Origin: Adineta vaga
Taxonomy: Eukaryota > Animalia > Rotifera
Direction: 5' to 3'
NCBI GenBank assembly: GCA_021613535.1
Contig: CP075497.1
Span: forward strand, 186,001 to 250,000
Length of the DNA: 64,000 bases
The notes beneath the pieces are model-generated. The model was not told the origin of the DNA. It did no database searches and worked only from the letters and a program-made list of their open reading frames with translations. Below are positions 11,133 through 23,738 of the stretch, piece after piece (the first letter of the stretch is position 1; each line of letters opens with the position of its first letter). Position numbers and translations under genes: made by a program.

Positions 11133-11547
11133 GTCAAATATTTGTGCCTCAGAATATCGGTGTAAGATGATGAATTTTCATCAATTTATATCCATTGATA
11201 CATTGTTTTTAAACGATAAAAGCTGTTTGACATTGTCGATGAACTCGAAAAGAAAACGTTCTGATTTTCCAAATGATCCATTGCAGCTTTATCAGTTGTA
11301 CACTCATTGAAAAATTTGCAAGTATAATCATTTCGGACAACAAGGAATGGATAATAAGAATATCAGCAAAAAAATTACTATGGAAAAGATAAAAATCAAT
11401 TACCGATTGATCAGTTAGAATATAGTGAAGCATTTGAAATGAAAAGAATGTATATTAAAAAAAAGAAAAAAATTGATTATTTTATGCATATAGTATTGAT
11501 GGTTAAATAAAAAATGTGAAATTGTCCAAAAGAAAGAGAAAGTGGTT

Positions 11548-14053
11548 TTAATATTGAAGGATTCTTTTCATTTGAATATCGTGTCTTCGTTTTGCATTAA
11601 TATATACTGGATTGAACATATTTGAAAATTTTGTAAAACCAGCATACATCACCAGAGTATATATGGGCATGCAGATCAACATCATAACAATGTTCATAAT
11701 TAATATCGGCTGTTGACATAATCTCTCCTATTATATAAATAAAATATATTTAGATAATTTATCATATTTATCTGATAAATAATACAATATCTTGTGGATT
11801 TATGGCACCAATTGTATCACTGACTGAAACTAAAGCAGTTGAACCAGTTGTTGTAGCTACAAAATGAAAATAATATGTATATGTATATGATGACAATGTG
11901 TAAGTCTTGCTCACTTGTTGAAGATGCACTCGTTGTGGGTGTTACAGTTGTTGTAACTGGAGTTGTTGTTGTTATCACAATACCAGTTGTAGTTAACTGT
12001 TGATAGACAGAATAGTATTCATATAAAATTAGATATAAATAAACTTACAAGTGTATTGATACTTGTTGTTGATGTTGGTTTTGTTGTAACTGTTACTGTT
12101 GTAAATGGTGTTGTCGTTGTTGTCGTTGTTGATGAAACTGCTGGATCCCAAATATTGAATCGCCAATATGATGGATCACTGATTGATTCCGATTCAGCAT
12201 CTTTAAAAATACATTAATCACATAGAATTTGATAAAAATAAAACGTACGACAAAATTCTTGTCCACTGGAAAATCCACTATCCATTGTCACATAATAAAA
12301 TTTACCAGGTGTCCATGTATAATTTGTAATAATCACAATTACATTTCCAGTATATATTATATTAGATGCATATCCAGCATCATATTTTAGGACGGTTGCA
12401 TTTGTATCGGCTTCTTTGAAATAGATATTTGTTCCATTACGAGTTGGACGACCAACTGGACCTTTTGCTATATAATTAAAATGAAGAAAAACAGATCTAG
12501 TTTGTTTTTTTGTTTCAAAAATATGTACCTTCTATGGTAAATCTGGATTCATTTTGAAAGACAGTGCCTACTGGACTTGCTGAATGTTGTACGTATTTAG
12601 GCTGAACTAAATCTGGTGCAGTATAATTAACTAAATATGTAACACACCATGGAGCGGATTGTAAATTACTGTTATCAAGAGCAGCAGCACAAAAAGTTTG
12701 AGGAACAGCCTGAAGTGCCTCAGGCGTCCATGTCAATATCATTGTCCATTTAGCTATAAATTTGTATTTCAAATTCAAATGTTTTTCTCATTCTAACAGA
12801 CGAAAATGAATAACTTACAAGTACTTATTTGAGTAATAGGACTATGCGTCATTCCATATGGTGAAGCAGTAATAAAATCAACGATTGTTTGACCAGGACA
12901 ATGTGTTTCTACAATGATAGTTTCACTGAATGTGATATCTTGAATAAAAAATTAAAAGTAGTAAAGATGACGAAATGTAGTTATTGATTGTACTTACTAA
13001 TAGGAACTCCAATACAAGCTGAAATAAATGCAAGAAAAGTATAGGTGAGTGTAATTTAAATAAGAATATTAATTTTCATACCTCGATTTGGACGAACACC
13101 GATGATTGAAGGAGCTGTACAACTACTGGAAGGAATATACCCGCGAAATAAGAATTGTATAGGAACGGAACTCATTGGAGTTGTATAAGTACTATCATAA
13201 AAATCTTCAATTTGTAGAGCAACTGGATAATATGTAATAGCACTTGTTAAAATGAAAGATAATGTGCAATTGGATTCGGTCAATGTATAGCTAAGAGGTG
13301 GTCCATAGCAGATGCCTTTACATTCGTCTTCTTGATTGTAATTCGATGCAGAATTTGCATTAGACCACCGACATCTCAGTATATCACTGGGATCATTATC
13401 TGCCATTTGTACAATGTGAACAATTGGAGTATTTATTAGATAAAATATGACTGGTAATGTATTTGTAACAGGACTACTATTGATATAACCATCAGGTCTT
13501 AAACCTAAATTCAATCGATTGACAATTGACCAGTCACCATTACCGCCTTCAGCAAGATTCGACATCCATTGATTGGATTGATAACCTATTGTAATCGATG
13601 TTGTCAAAGGTAAAGTCAACTTAACATAAGTTTCACCAGCCAATGATTCAATCAATTGTTGACAATCTGTAGTTTTAGTACTAACTGAAAGCCCAGGACT
13701 AGGATAAGTCGAACTTGGACAATTTTGTAAACAAGTCAAGTTATCATTAGGATTTACATTGATAGGTGTCTGAGCAGCAACATCTGCTTCTGTACAAACA
13801 AAATTAGTCGGCTCAAAATAACCCCACCCTCGATTCCAAAAGTATCGTTGATGTATGAGGATTTTAGCGGTAGTACCGAATGGTTTAGGATTTAACGGTC
13901 GCCTAAGAAGAAAATTCGAGTGAAGAAAATAAACGCTATGACTGAGGATACTCACCATGAAATAATACCACCACGAAAATGTGCTCCATCAATCACATCA
14001 TATAATGTAAGTAAAACTAAGAATGAAAAATATAAGAATGCCTTCATTCTCAT
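11548..14053 (-). CDS. Multi-exon type I membrane/cell-surface protein with N-terminal HFRGG motif and Thr-rich stalk
   Basis: Exon 1 MRMKAFLYFSFLVLLTLYDVIDGAHFRGGIISW; intron 13955-13903; NSSPV and DPSDILRCRWS motifs; TTT-rich exons; hydrophobic LIMNIVMMLICMPIYTLVMYAGF; ends KRILQY-stop at 11548; not all internal junctions were resolved. Confidence 0.75.
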
Positions 14054-14884
14054 CTGTTGCACTATATATAATGAAATAGATGAAGATTAAACGTTCGTAT
14101 TTATAGTTACTTAATAAACTTTAAATCAACAATAAAATAATATTTAGTCGCGGAAACTTTTCTGTCTAGCGGTCGAAAGAAAATATTTTTAATGGACTAC
14201 CCTCACGGTTTTATGGAAGAAAAATAAATCTACATTTAATACATCTTATCCGTATATTTATGTCATGCATTTCTAACTACTTATTTGATCAAGGGTAAAT
14301 TGTATTTTATGCATTACAAAATTTCGAATAGAGTATTTATGTGACAATCTCTCTGACATGCGCTGTACGCGTGATACGGTTTTTCTCATCTAATGGATTA
14401 TCCTGATGATGTTCTTACTTCAGTACATTTTTATGTACTTTGACATGATATTCTCTTGCGTTCTCTTTTACGGACGAGTATATAAGCGTGTGTTTTGTAT
14501 CAGAACGATGCGATTTACGAGGAAGAAATAAATAAAGGCGTAGTTCCATCAGCGCATACATCTCTTCCATCAAAAATCGTCACAATTTACATTTCAGTGA
14601 TGGAGAAAAAACATCGACGACAAACTTCTACAGACTATGACAAACAAAAAGTACTTATTCCGTGAATCCGAACTGAATTTTTTTTGGATTTCAAGAAACT
14701 TTTTTTTCAGAGTTTTTTTTCATCTGTCGTCGAAAATGCAGTTGTAACTATACAAAATTGAACTATAATCCAAGCTCACATAAGCAACTATAAAGAATTC
14801 ATACTATCAGCACATGAAATATTTAGACCTACCTGTTCTAGAAATCAAAATGAAGATAAACGTAACTAAAAGGTTTGGTCATTT

Positions 14885-14972
14885 CAAGGGGGAACAAACT
14901 GATTTCTTGATTTCTCTTGATTTCTATGATTTCTCGGTGATTTCCGGCTAGAAATCAGTTTGTTACCCCTTG
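14885..14972. mobile_element. 88-bp mini TIR element
   Basis: CAAGGGGGAACAAACTGATTTCT and AGAAATCAGTTTGTTACCCCTTG (23-bp arms, 1 mismatch) enclose TGATTTC tandem copies. Confidence 0.65.
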
Positions 14973-15107
14973 TATGAATCGTTGAATAATTGTTTTATAA
15001 AGAGGATGTTGATTTTTGTATAAGAAGAAGAGACTAATTTTTGTAAAAGTAGACAGATTTTTTTAATGTACGGGACATGCGGGACATTGAAATTTTTATG
15101 AAAATAG

Positions 15108-15110
<3 letters not shown>

Positions 15111-15163
<53 letters not shown>
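15111..15163. repeat. (AG)n microsatellite between two ~65-bp degenerate direct repeats
   Basis: Pure AG run; both flanks contain TTTTGTAAAAG...AGATTTTTT...CGGGACATNCGGGACATT. Confidence 0.95.
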
Positions 15164-15166
<3 letters not shown>

Positions 15167-16339
15167 GTTTTGTAAAAGAATAGATAGATTTTTTCATGAG
15201 CGGGACATTCGGGACATTAAATTTTATATTGCAAGATAGAGATTTTCGTAGAAAAAATAGTTTTCTTTTCTAGGTGAGAAATGCGGCACATAGAATTTTC
15301 TTTCGTTTTGTATTAAGAGAAAGCTTTTTGCTTCCTAGTTTTCCTGTTACGGTATATTTGACTCTGATTTAAATATATATTTCTCTTTTCCTTTTTTTAA
15401 AAATTAGTTTTCTGCAGTTTCTTATTTAAAATATAGGTGAGACTGCTTCCGAATATTTCAATGTGTAAAAAAATATGTTTGTATGCATAGAATAAATATT
15501 TGCGACGCATAAATTATATGGGTGAAAAATGAATTATCTATCAGATATTTTTTAGAAAATAGAGGTTTTGTTAAATATTTTTATTAATTAACTGGAAATA
15601 GAATGTAATGAATGGTACACTACTTTAGATATTGATAAAAATTTAGAGAAGTTTGAAAATCATTACGAGCAGAGAGTTGATGAAAATGGCGACATAAATT
15701 AAAACGAGAAATAAAGTAGTTCAGTTTGAGAAATAGGAATATCGTTTTTTAGTGCCCCTTGAAATCAAAATAAATTTGGAATAGTTTAGACGAAATGATT
15801 TCGAGTAGAAGGTAAAAAAGACAGGGAGTACAATTGGTTAATGAAGTGAATATTTCTACAAAATTTGACAAGTTAAACATGAAACAACGAATTTAATAAC
15901 TTAATTTAAAAAGATTATCATAGGACTATCGCTAAATCTTCGTTTTGTAGGAACTAACATCTACTATGAGAATATAAAATAGAGAAATGATTGTACCACG
16001 TAGATCTCTTACATAATAATATTTTGGAATACACTCTTTTATGAATTGTTCATTTATTATTATCAATGAAATGGAATCCTTATAAATATAGTCTATGTAT
16101 AATCTTACGAATATAGCGAAAATGAAACTATTCTTTGATAAAAAGAAAACGGTATGAATGACAAAATGTTTCTTTATGAAAATCCGTTTATAATATTCCA
16201 TTCGATTCAGTTAGATTTATTGATGAAGAAATCTATTTAATTTTTATTCTATTTCTCATTTTTGAATCTCTGTCTTTATTTAATTTTCGTTTCTCTATTT
16301 TTGTCTATTTTTTCGCGCATTCCAATCTCAACTGAATTC

Positions 16340-16792
16340 TCATGTCAACTGTGACATATAAATCCAACGACGTAAAACATCCATGGCTGTGAATTTATTA
16401 TCAACACCATAAGCGGAAAGTATAAATGGTTTTGGAGGATTATTTGGATTATGTTCCGTTGGTATGCTTTGGGACGTATGTACATTTAATAACGGTGCTA
16501 TTTGACTAGAATCATAAATAAATTTAAAATCGTCGAATGAACTAGCATGATAATGTTTCATTTGTGGAATTCCATCAACAATTGGTATAGCAAATCCTGT
16601 GAACGTGTTTGTCGATGAATCATACTCGACCTTCGGAATAACTCCAGTAGTGTCTTCAGAGCAAAATCCAAATCCAGCGTGAAATTCTTGAAGTGAATCA
16701 AATTTAAATTCTGCTTCAGTTAAAGTCATATTCGATTTGTGTATCAAATTACCAAGCGTTGTCAAAGCTGGCATGGAACCAGATATGTTTAA
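16340..16792 (-). pseudogene. DNA transposase remnant (probably P-element/THAP9-related)
   Basis: LNISGSMPALTTL...FCSEDTTGVIPKVEYDSSTNTFTGFAIP...PFILSAYGVDNKFTAMDVLRRW; truncated at both ends; superfamily call tentative. Confidence 0.55.
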
Positions 16793-18932
16793 CCCATTCA
16801 CCACGATTCAGTTTTCTTAGAAAATTCATTGAAATATCTATTTGTGTCAAAAGTTAGTTTCAAATAAATGCATTTAATAACCTTTCCATCATCTTCTATC
16901 AATTATCCATTATTCTCTTTTTTATATCATCACATAATGAGTCATTTTTTGCGAACATATGAAAAATCCCTCAAGTTCTTTTTTACATTCTTTCACATCT
17001 TACGAGTAACACATATAAGATAAACGAAAGAAACTTCCAGATTTTTTTCTTTGTTCTTATCTCTATTCTTGTATGTATAAAAGTGACCCAAATTTCGGAA
17101 TATTGCATATGTCGTCCGAAGAAATTGATACACAAGAAAGCACTAGCTCACTAAGTGAAGTGAGTTCTTTAGATGATGATTTAGATAACATGCACCTGGA
17201 ATCAGAAAGTTCCGTCGAAGAAATGTCTGACGACGAGATGGATTCTAACAGCTGGAATGAGATAGAATCAGAATCGGATGAAGAATTTATGGAAGACCAT
17301 GGACTCGTCGAAGAAGTAACTTCCGCTTCAGAAGATAATACAGTGCATCCTATCGATTGTTATCGACATCTCATCACAGACGAAATTATTGATCTTATGG
17401 TTCGTGAAACTAATCGATATGCGGAGCAATTTTTTCGAGCCCATAACATTACCAGTGGATCCAAATTTCGTCAATGGAAACCAGCTACTGATCAAGAGAT
17501 TCTCAAGTTTCTTGGAATCGTTATCCAAATGGGGTTGGTACAAATGCCGAAACTGAGCCATTACTGGAGTAGCAGCCAGCTGTACGGATCGGAGATTATT
17601 CGAAACTCTATGCCGAGAGAGAGGTTCGAATTGCTTCTCAAGTTTTGGCATTTTTCGAACAACGTCAACAACAATTCGAATCAGGACAGGCTGTTCAAGT
17701 TGAGACCACTCTTGGATTTACTGAAAGCCAGATTTTCGTCAGTGTATATACCTGGTTCGGTTGTCACTATCGATGAAAGTATGGTACCATGGCAAGACAG
17801 GCTTTCGTTCAAGCAATATACTCCTGGAAAAGCGCACAAGTACGGCGTCAAAATTTACAAACTGGCGCCTACCAATGGATACACCTGGAATTATATAATC
17901 TATACCGGTCAACAAGATTCAATGGCAGGTCTTGGGCATGCTCAAACAGTGGTGATGCATTTATTGGATGATCTTGAGGGATATTATCGAACCGTGGTAG
18001 CTGACAACTTCTTTACCAGCATTCTCCTGGCAAAGCGTTTGTTAGAACATGATACGTATCTTATTGGGACACTGAGAAGTAATCGTGCCGGATCAGGCAG
18101 CGAAGTTGCTCAAAAAAACCTTCGACGTGGTGAAGTTTACGGACTTCAGAATAAAGGAGGCGTAAAATTGATCAAATGGAAAGACAAGAAAGACGTTTTG
18201 ATGATATCTACACGGCCGTTGCATTCAGCAACTTTGGTGGATACTGGAAATAGCAATAGTAAAAATGAACGCATCATGAAGCCACAAGTTGTACTGGATT
18301 ACAATGAAGGAAGAATAGGTACTGATTTATCTGATCAGCTATCATCATATTACACGTGCCTCAGGCGGTCAATAAAGTGGTACCGAAAAGTAGCATTTGA
18401 ATTAGTTTTTGGGACGGCACTGGTAAATAGCTATTTAATAAACAAGGAAAACTACGCAGCAAGCAAAGTGACCATTCTGCAATTTCGTGAAAGTCTTGTC
18501 CGATCTTTTCTGCTTGGCATGCCATTCGAGAAGATGAAGCCGGGTCCAAGACAAAAATCAATAGGTCAAACGAAACGCAAACTTGCTGATCACAAACTTG
18601 AAGAGAAAGAAGGAGCTGGTCGTGATGTCCGAAGACGTTGTGCTGGTTGTTACGAGAAAAATAGGGAACAACAATCAAGAGAAGCGTGTCATTCAACAAC
18701 AAAGAGAGTAAAAACTTTCTATTCTGATTGTAACAAATTTTTGTGTCTTGATTGTTTTAACGAGAAGCATCATGCTATGTAACAGATGATTCTGAAAATA
18801 GCGAAGGCAAAGCAGATCGCACATTATGTGTAACCTTCCGCTTAAGAATAAAAGAAAAGAAAGCGTTTTTCTATTAAGTTTCTTACTAAAATATAGTGGG
18901 GTCCACCGGTGGACCCCATCGTGGTGAATGGG
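16793..18932 (+). mobile_element. Complete piggyBac DNA transposon (2140 bp)
   Basis: Perfect 15-bp TIRs CCCATTCACCACGAT (16793-16807) and ATCGTGGTGAATGGG (18918-18932); TTAA on both sides (16789-16792, 18933-18936). Confidence 0.95.
17073..18782 (+). CDS. piggyBac transposase
   Basis: 569 aa; DDD triad TIDESMV / ADNFFTS / GTDLSDQ; KAHKYGVK; acidic N-terminus; C-terminal cysteine-rich domain. Confidence 0.95.
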   Translation: MYKSDPNFGILHMSSEEIDTQESTSSLSEVSSLDDDLDNMHLESESSVEEMSDDEMDSNSWNEIESESDEEFMEDHGLVEEVTSASEDNTVHPIDCYRHLITDEIIDLMVRETNRYAEQFFRAHNITSGSKFRQWKPATDQEILKFLGIVIQMGLVQMPKLSHYWSSSQLYGSEIIRNSMPRERFELLLKFWHFSNNVNNNSNQDRLFKLRPLLDLLKARFSSVYIPGSVVTIDESMVPWQDRLSFKQYTPGKAHKYGVKIYKLAPTNGYTWNYIIYTGQQDSMAGLGHAQTVVMHLLDDLEGYYRTVVADNFFTSILLAKRLLEHDTYLIGTLRSNRAGSGSEVAQKNLRRGEVYGLQNKGGVKLIKWKDKKDVLMISTRPLHSATLVDTGNSNSKNERIMKPQVVLDYNEGRIGTDLSDQLSSYYTCLRRSIKWYRKVAFELVFGTALVNSYLINKENYAASKVTILQFRESLVRSFLLGMPFEKMKPGPRQKSIGQTKRKLADHKLEEKEGAGRDVRRRCAGCYEKNREQQSREACHSTTKRVKTFYSDCNKFLCLDCFNEKHHAM

Positions 18933-19956
18933 TTAAATATAAAATAAAGAACAGATTGTCATAATCAAGATTTGTTTTATTGGTTTAACATGTTATAGCG
19001 TTTTGGGGGAAATTCTTAAGTTCTTACTTATGTTCATTAATGAATTTCCATAATGCGTGTATAAGGAGTAGTCGGAGTATCAGATCACATTACTTTCTCG
19101 AAGCACCATTTTTTCAGATAAAAAAACTATATAAGAACAAATTCATACATAAACCGAATTCTTGAAAATAACGTTAAATATATATATAATTGGTTCAATG
19201 TGGAATGTTCATTATTTCCTATAGTTCCAGTACTATCATTATGAAAAGTCTGTAATTCGAAAAGTATTCAAGTTTCGTAAATTAAGTTGTTATCTATGAT
19301 ATACAGTTTTCTGGAAATCACTATAAAACATCATATGATTAAAATAGAGATGATGAAATTTATTTAAGACAAAAGAAGAATATTAATATTTTAATTGGGG
19401 GGATATTGAAACATGTGGTAGATAAATCAATTGATATTTGATATATGAAAACAGAAACAGAGACGAAAATAAAATAAAGCCAGAGTAACTAATTTTATCA
19501 CTGAAAGATTTTCTACAAGAGAAATACTAGAAATTAAAGTTTTTTGTTGTTGTGGTAGATTGAGAATTCTTAATAGTAGAACTTGAACCACTATTTGTTA
19601 ATGTCATAGACGTAGTTGGCACGATTGAAATACCTCCTCTTCATGTTGATCCATTGCTAAAAGTGAAGAGATACGATGGAATATTCATACCAATCATATA
19701 CGTTGCAAAATCAATATAGCATTAAACCTCTACTTAGTCAAGTTGAAGGTGCAAAAAAACGTTATTTTTCATTTTTGAGATGAAATTCTTTAAACAAAAT
19801 TTAACGGTCTAGGACTGTGAAAAGTACTATCTTCTCTGAAGTAATGTGTTTTGGATGTTCGAGAGTGAAAATCACTGAATCATAAAATCTCTACAAATAG
19901 CCCCTAATTGAGGATAAATTCTGAGAACCAGATTTGTGGTAAATAATAATCTACCG

Positions 19957-20097
19957 AAGAAACATTATCTCTATCCAGATTCCAAAATAAAAAAAATTGT
20001 TGAAATTCGATTGGAACCTAAAACCAATCGAACACTTGAAGATTTCTTTATTCATAGGAAACCACGACAAGATGTGCTGACTAAGATGAGTCTATAA
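19957..20097 (+). pseudogene. Second Athena RT remnant (extreme C-terminus only)
   Basis: KKHYLYPDSKIKKIVEIRLEPKTNRTLEDFFIHRKPRQDVLTKMSL-stop aligns by eye with TKYYGYKGSAVKDVRVMITALTNPSLNDLFVRKKPSASLLTRME at 9.2 kb. Confidence 0.65.
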
Positions 20098-20730
20098 TTA
20101 AAATTCCTTTTATTTTCTAAATATAATAACCTTTAAAATATCCATATATGTTTTTCTTCTTCATTGTTAAAATCTCTTACATATAGCCTACTCCTTCTAT
20201 ACATTAGATATTGAATCATTTCTTCTATGTGTATTGATTTTTCATTGTATTTTAGATGTAAATGCAACTCTTCTCTAAATAATAAAACATATCAAACAAT
20301 AAATAAACCTTTCCGCGATCATAAGATTGTCTGGAATAATTTCTTGTTATCTCACCAAGAAACTTTATCCTTCTGTGTATTTGATGAAGTTTCCTACTTT
20401 CATTCTTATTTGGTAAGATTTTATTGAATAATCAACATCTGATGGGAGAAACAAAAGATATCAATCAAATTCAAAATTTCTCGAAAGTTCTCGAATTGCA
20501 CAAATCGATAACTGAAAGAAAATTATGACGAAAAAAAAGTGATTCAAATGGTTGATGATACAAGTCAAGAAATATTACAATTCATGCAGTGTAAAAAGAT
20601 CCGAGATCATCCAAGAGATTAACATACGACAAGATATTAATGATTTTATTCAAAAATAACATTCAATGATTGAATAAAATGATTTATAGTCTTCAAAAAA
20701 TTTTACATAGTTCGACCAGAAAGAATAACA

Positions 20731-20757
20731 ACACCCTCACCCTCACCATCAAGATGG
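20731..20757 (-). repeat. C-rich telomere-type motif ending TCAAGATGG
   Basis: ACACCCTCACCCTCACCATCAAGATGG. Confidence 0.6.
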
Positions 20758-21556
20758 GAACGTTGAATTTCATCATTTGAAATAACAAACGATGATTTCA
20801 CTATTATTTTGTTTGTCCATTGAAATGAATTTTAAATAAATAAGGTTTTTTCTTTCAACAAAAGTCATAAATATGACACATGCATTGGTTTTCGTTTATG
20901 TAATTTGATGATTTATTCAAACGAAACGAAAAAAGATCTTTCTCTCGTGTATTATGTATATGGCATCTACTCTGAAAATATCAGTTAATTGCTGCAAATT
21001 CTATGTGTATTCTTTTTACATATATGTTCTTGTCGCCTTAGAAAATCTGAAAAGTTTAACTTTCATTAACTATACGAAATCGAATTGGTCGACTTGAGTA
21101 AAAGAATACAAAATTTTGTTTATTTACCTATGAATTTCTTTCAAATTCGATAGATATTTAAAACAATAGCTGATTTTTACGGTTGGTATAGTTTAATTGT
21201 TCTATGGAAAAAAGATACTAATCAAGGTGTCCAACAGGAATCTAAAGCATAATATACAAATACATTCTGCTTTTGGTGTCGACGACAAAATATATTGTGC
21301 ACATTTTGCTTTTCTGAGGAAAGTGTGAAATAGCGTGTACAACAATCAATACAGATATTCTGTACATCTGCTGTTGAAAACGCTGATAATAATCAAATTT
21401 GGAGAAAATTTTCACATTCATTTCATATCTATCATCTTTTTGTTGTCTTTTTGTTTTTATCTCTCAGATAAGAATGTCATTACACCATCCTATGAAATGA
21501 CTATTGAATATAAAACCAGTCGTATAACACTTTTTTGTCAGTTTCATATAGTCACA

Positions 21557-23359
21557 ATGAATGTGAATGATAAAAAACGATCATGGAATTCAACATTCGA
21601 CAATTCTAATGATGAATGTATTACAAATAAAAAGTTTCAATCAAATACTTCTTTCGAACATCTTTCCAATGAACTTATTTATGAAATATTTTCTTATCTT
21701 GATGCTTTTCATATTTATCAAAGTTTCTTTCAACTTAATATACGATTTCAAAATCTTTCTAAACATTTATTACAACTTAACGTTCAAATCAATATGTTAT
21801 CAATGTCGAAATCAGTATTTGAATCTTATTATAATAATTTTATTCTACCAAATCAACATCAAATTCAAACTTTATATTTATTCGATCCATTTGTGGTCGA
21901 ATCGTTTTCATCAACTATATCACAATATTTTCATTTACATCAATTAAAACTATGTGAAATATCAGTTGAATGTCTCGAAAATCTTCTTCATAATTTAGTT
22001 TCATTAAACAATTTATCATCTTTATCTGTTCATGTTGGTCATGGTGCAAATAAATCGAATGTCTATCAAAATATATTTCATCTTCCAGCATTAAAATTTT
22101 GTACACTTCGTTTTGAAGACAATAACCCAATGTGGTCATTATCAATGTCATCAAATTCATTACAAAGTCCTATTGAAAATCTAATCATCTATGATAGTTT
22201 TGCTTTGGATAATATCAATACACTTTTGTCATATTTACCTAAACTGCAGCGTTTATCTATCAAACACCGATGTGAGTTTGGTATTGAATATTCACTGATA
22301 TTTGCCGTTGTTTTCAACGATCTAAAACATATCTCTGTCATGGGTTCTCGTTTTACACAGCTCGACATCGAGAAATTTACTAAAATTTATTCACTCAATA
22401 TTAAAATACTGCATATTTCATCAACTAATTACGGAGGGATTTTCCAATGGAATAAATTTATTCAACCATACATTCCATATTTCAAACACAATGGTTTTAC
22501 ATTTGGAAATTTATCAGAGTGTGGTCGTTCGATGAAACTATATCATAGCTTGTATGAAGATAATTCATCACCACGGGCATATATAGAACAATGGTTTTTT
22601 ACTCATGAAGTAATGTCAGATGAAGATCTACATGAGATGTTTTGTTCTATTCAACCATATACACGACATTCATTTTTATTACTTCATCAATATTGTATGG
22701 ATTCAAAATGTCATGTAGATAGGAATTATCGTTCTATTCGTCATTTAATTATTCCTAAACAAATTCAGCCTTGTAAATGTCTTCCATACTTTCCAAATGT
22801 CACAAAAATGACGTTCACTGATGACTATGCTCGTTCATCTTACCTTAGTGATGCAGAATTCAGTTTTATTCTTTCTCTCAAACAGCTTACCAGTTTGGCT
22901 ATCCGCGCGGTAATGGAAGAATTTGATATTATTGTTGGTATTCTACGCTACACACCACATGCTCATAGTCTTATATTTACATTCACAACTACGCGCTCAA
23001 AACGATTATCGTCTTTTCATAAGGATGAAAGATATCAATATATTGTCAATCATAATAAAATTAAAACGATTGTTTTCAACGCACATTATACAAAGAAATT
23101 GGTACAGTTTTATATGGATCTTTGTCCTAGATTAGAATATTTAAGTTATAGGATATCTGAAAAGTCTCTTGAAGCAACATTTCAATATGTATTAACCGAA
23201 ACGAATCAAACAGCATATAATCAATTTTCATTATGCATATTTGGTGTAAATACAAATTGGATTGATAAATTACAAGCGATAATCGAATCACAAGAATTAA
23301 TGAAGAATTATTTAACTAAAACTGTAAATAATAAATTTTATTTCAAATGGTGGTATTAA
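21557..23359 (+). CDS. F-box-like/LRR protein
   Basis: Likely ATG at 21557 (MNVNDKKRSW) within the 674-codon ORF; F-box-like FEHLSNELIYEIFSYL followed by degenerate LRRs. Confidence 0.8.
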   Translation: MNVNDKKRSWNSTFDNSNDECITNKKFQSNTSFEHLSNELIYEIFSYLDAFHIYQSFFQLNIRFQNLSKHLLQLNVQINMLSMSKSVFESYYNNFILPNQHQIQTLYLFDPFVVESFSSTISQYFHLHQLKLCEISVECLENLLHNLVSLNNLSSLSVHVGHGANKSNVYQNIFHLPALKFCTLRFEDNNPMWSLSMSSNSLQSPIENLIIYDSFALDNINTLLSYLPKLQRLSIKHRCEFGIEYSLIFAVVFNDLKHISVMGSRFTQLDIEKFTKIYSLNIKILHISSTNYGGIFQWNKFIQPYIPYFKHNGFTFGNLSECGRSMKLYHSLYEDNSSPRAYIEQWFFTHEVMSDEDLHEMFCSIQPYTRHSFLLLHQYCMDSKCHVDRNYRSIRHLIIPKQIQPCKCLPYFPNVTKMTFTDDYARSSYLSDAEFSFILSLKQLTSLAIRAVMEEFDIIVGILRYTPHAHSLIFTFTTTRSKRLSSFHKDERYQYIVNHNKIKTIVFNAHYTKKLVQFYMDLCPRLEYLSYRISEKSLEATFQYVLTETNQTAYNQFSLCIFGVNTNWIDKLQAIIESQELMKNYLTKTVNNKFYFKWWY

Positions 23360-23644
23360 TACTAGATCTACTAAAATTTTAATAAAAATCTTCACATTTA
23401 CATCTTAAACAAAGAGAATCTTGTCACAGAATATGGATGATATATTTGTTCTTTAACATCTACATTGATTGACCTTCACTCACAATTTCTTATCTTTATA
23501 AAAGAATAAACAGACTGATATATATATAAAGAAAGATGTATAATATGAGTATCTCTACTCAAATAAATAACTATTTCATATTTACCTTCGTACTATCTTA
23601 AGAATCCAAGATGGATCATCGATTGCCGTTAATGGTTTATTCGG

Positions 23645-23738
23645 AGGACATCTTTTCATAGGATTTTATTGAGAAGGACTATTTCTAAAGGACATTTTTC
23701 CGAGGACATTTTGGAAAGGACATTTTTTGAAGGACATT
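23645..23738 (+). repeat. Short ~15-bp-period AGGACATTTT minisatellite
   Basis: About seven AGGACA/AGGATT copies at regular spacing. Confidence 0.6.

Noticed and set aside
17328-18702. Antisense and alternate-frame ORFs inside piggyBac
   Set aside because: Shadows of the transposase ORF
21335-21556. 74-codon N-terminal extension of the F-box ORF
   Set aside because: Starts at GTG and looks like UTR/intron sequence; ATG 21557 is more plausible
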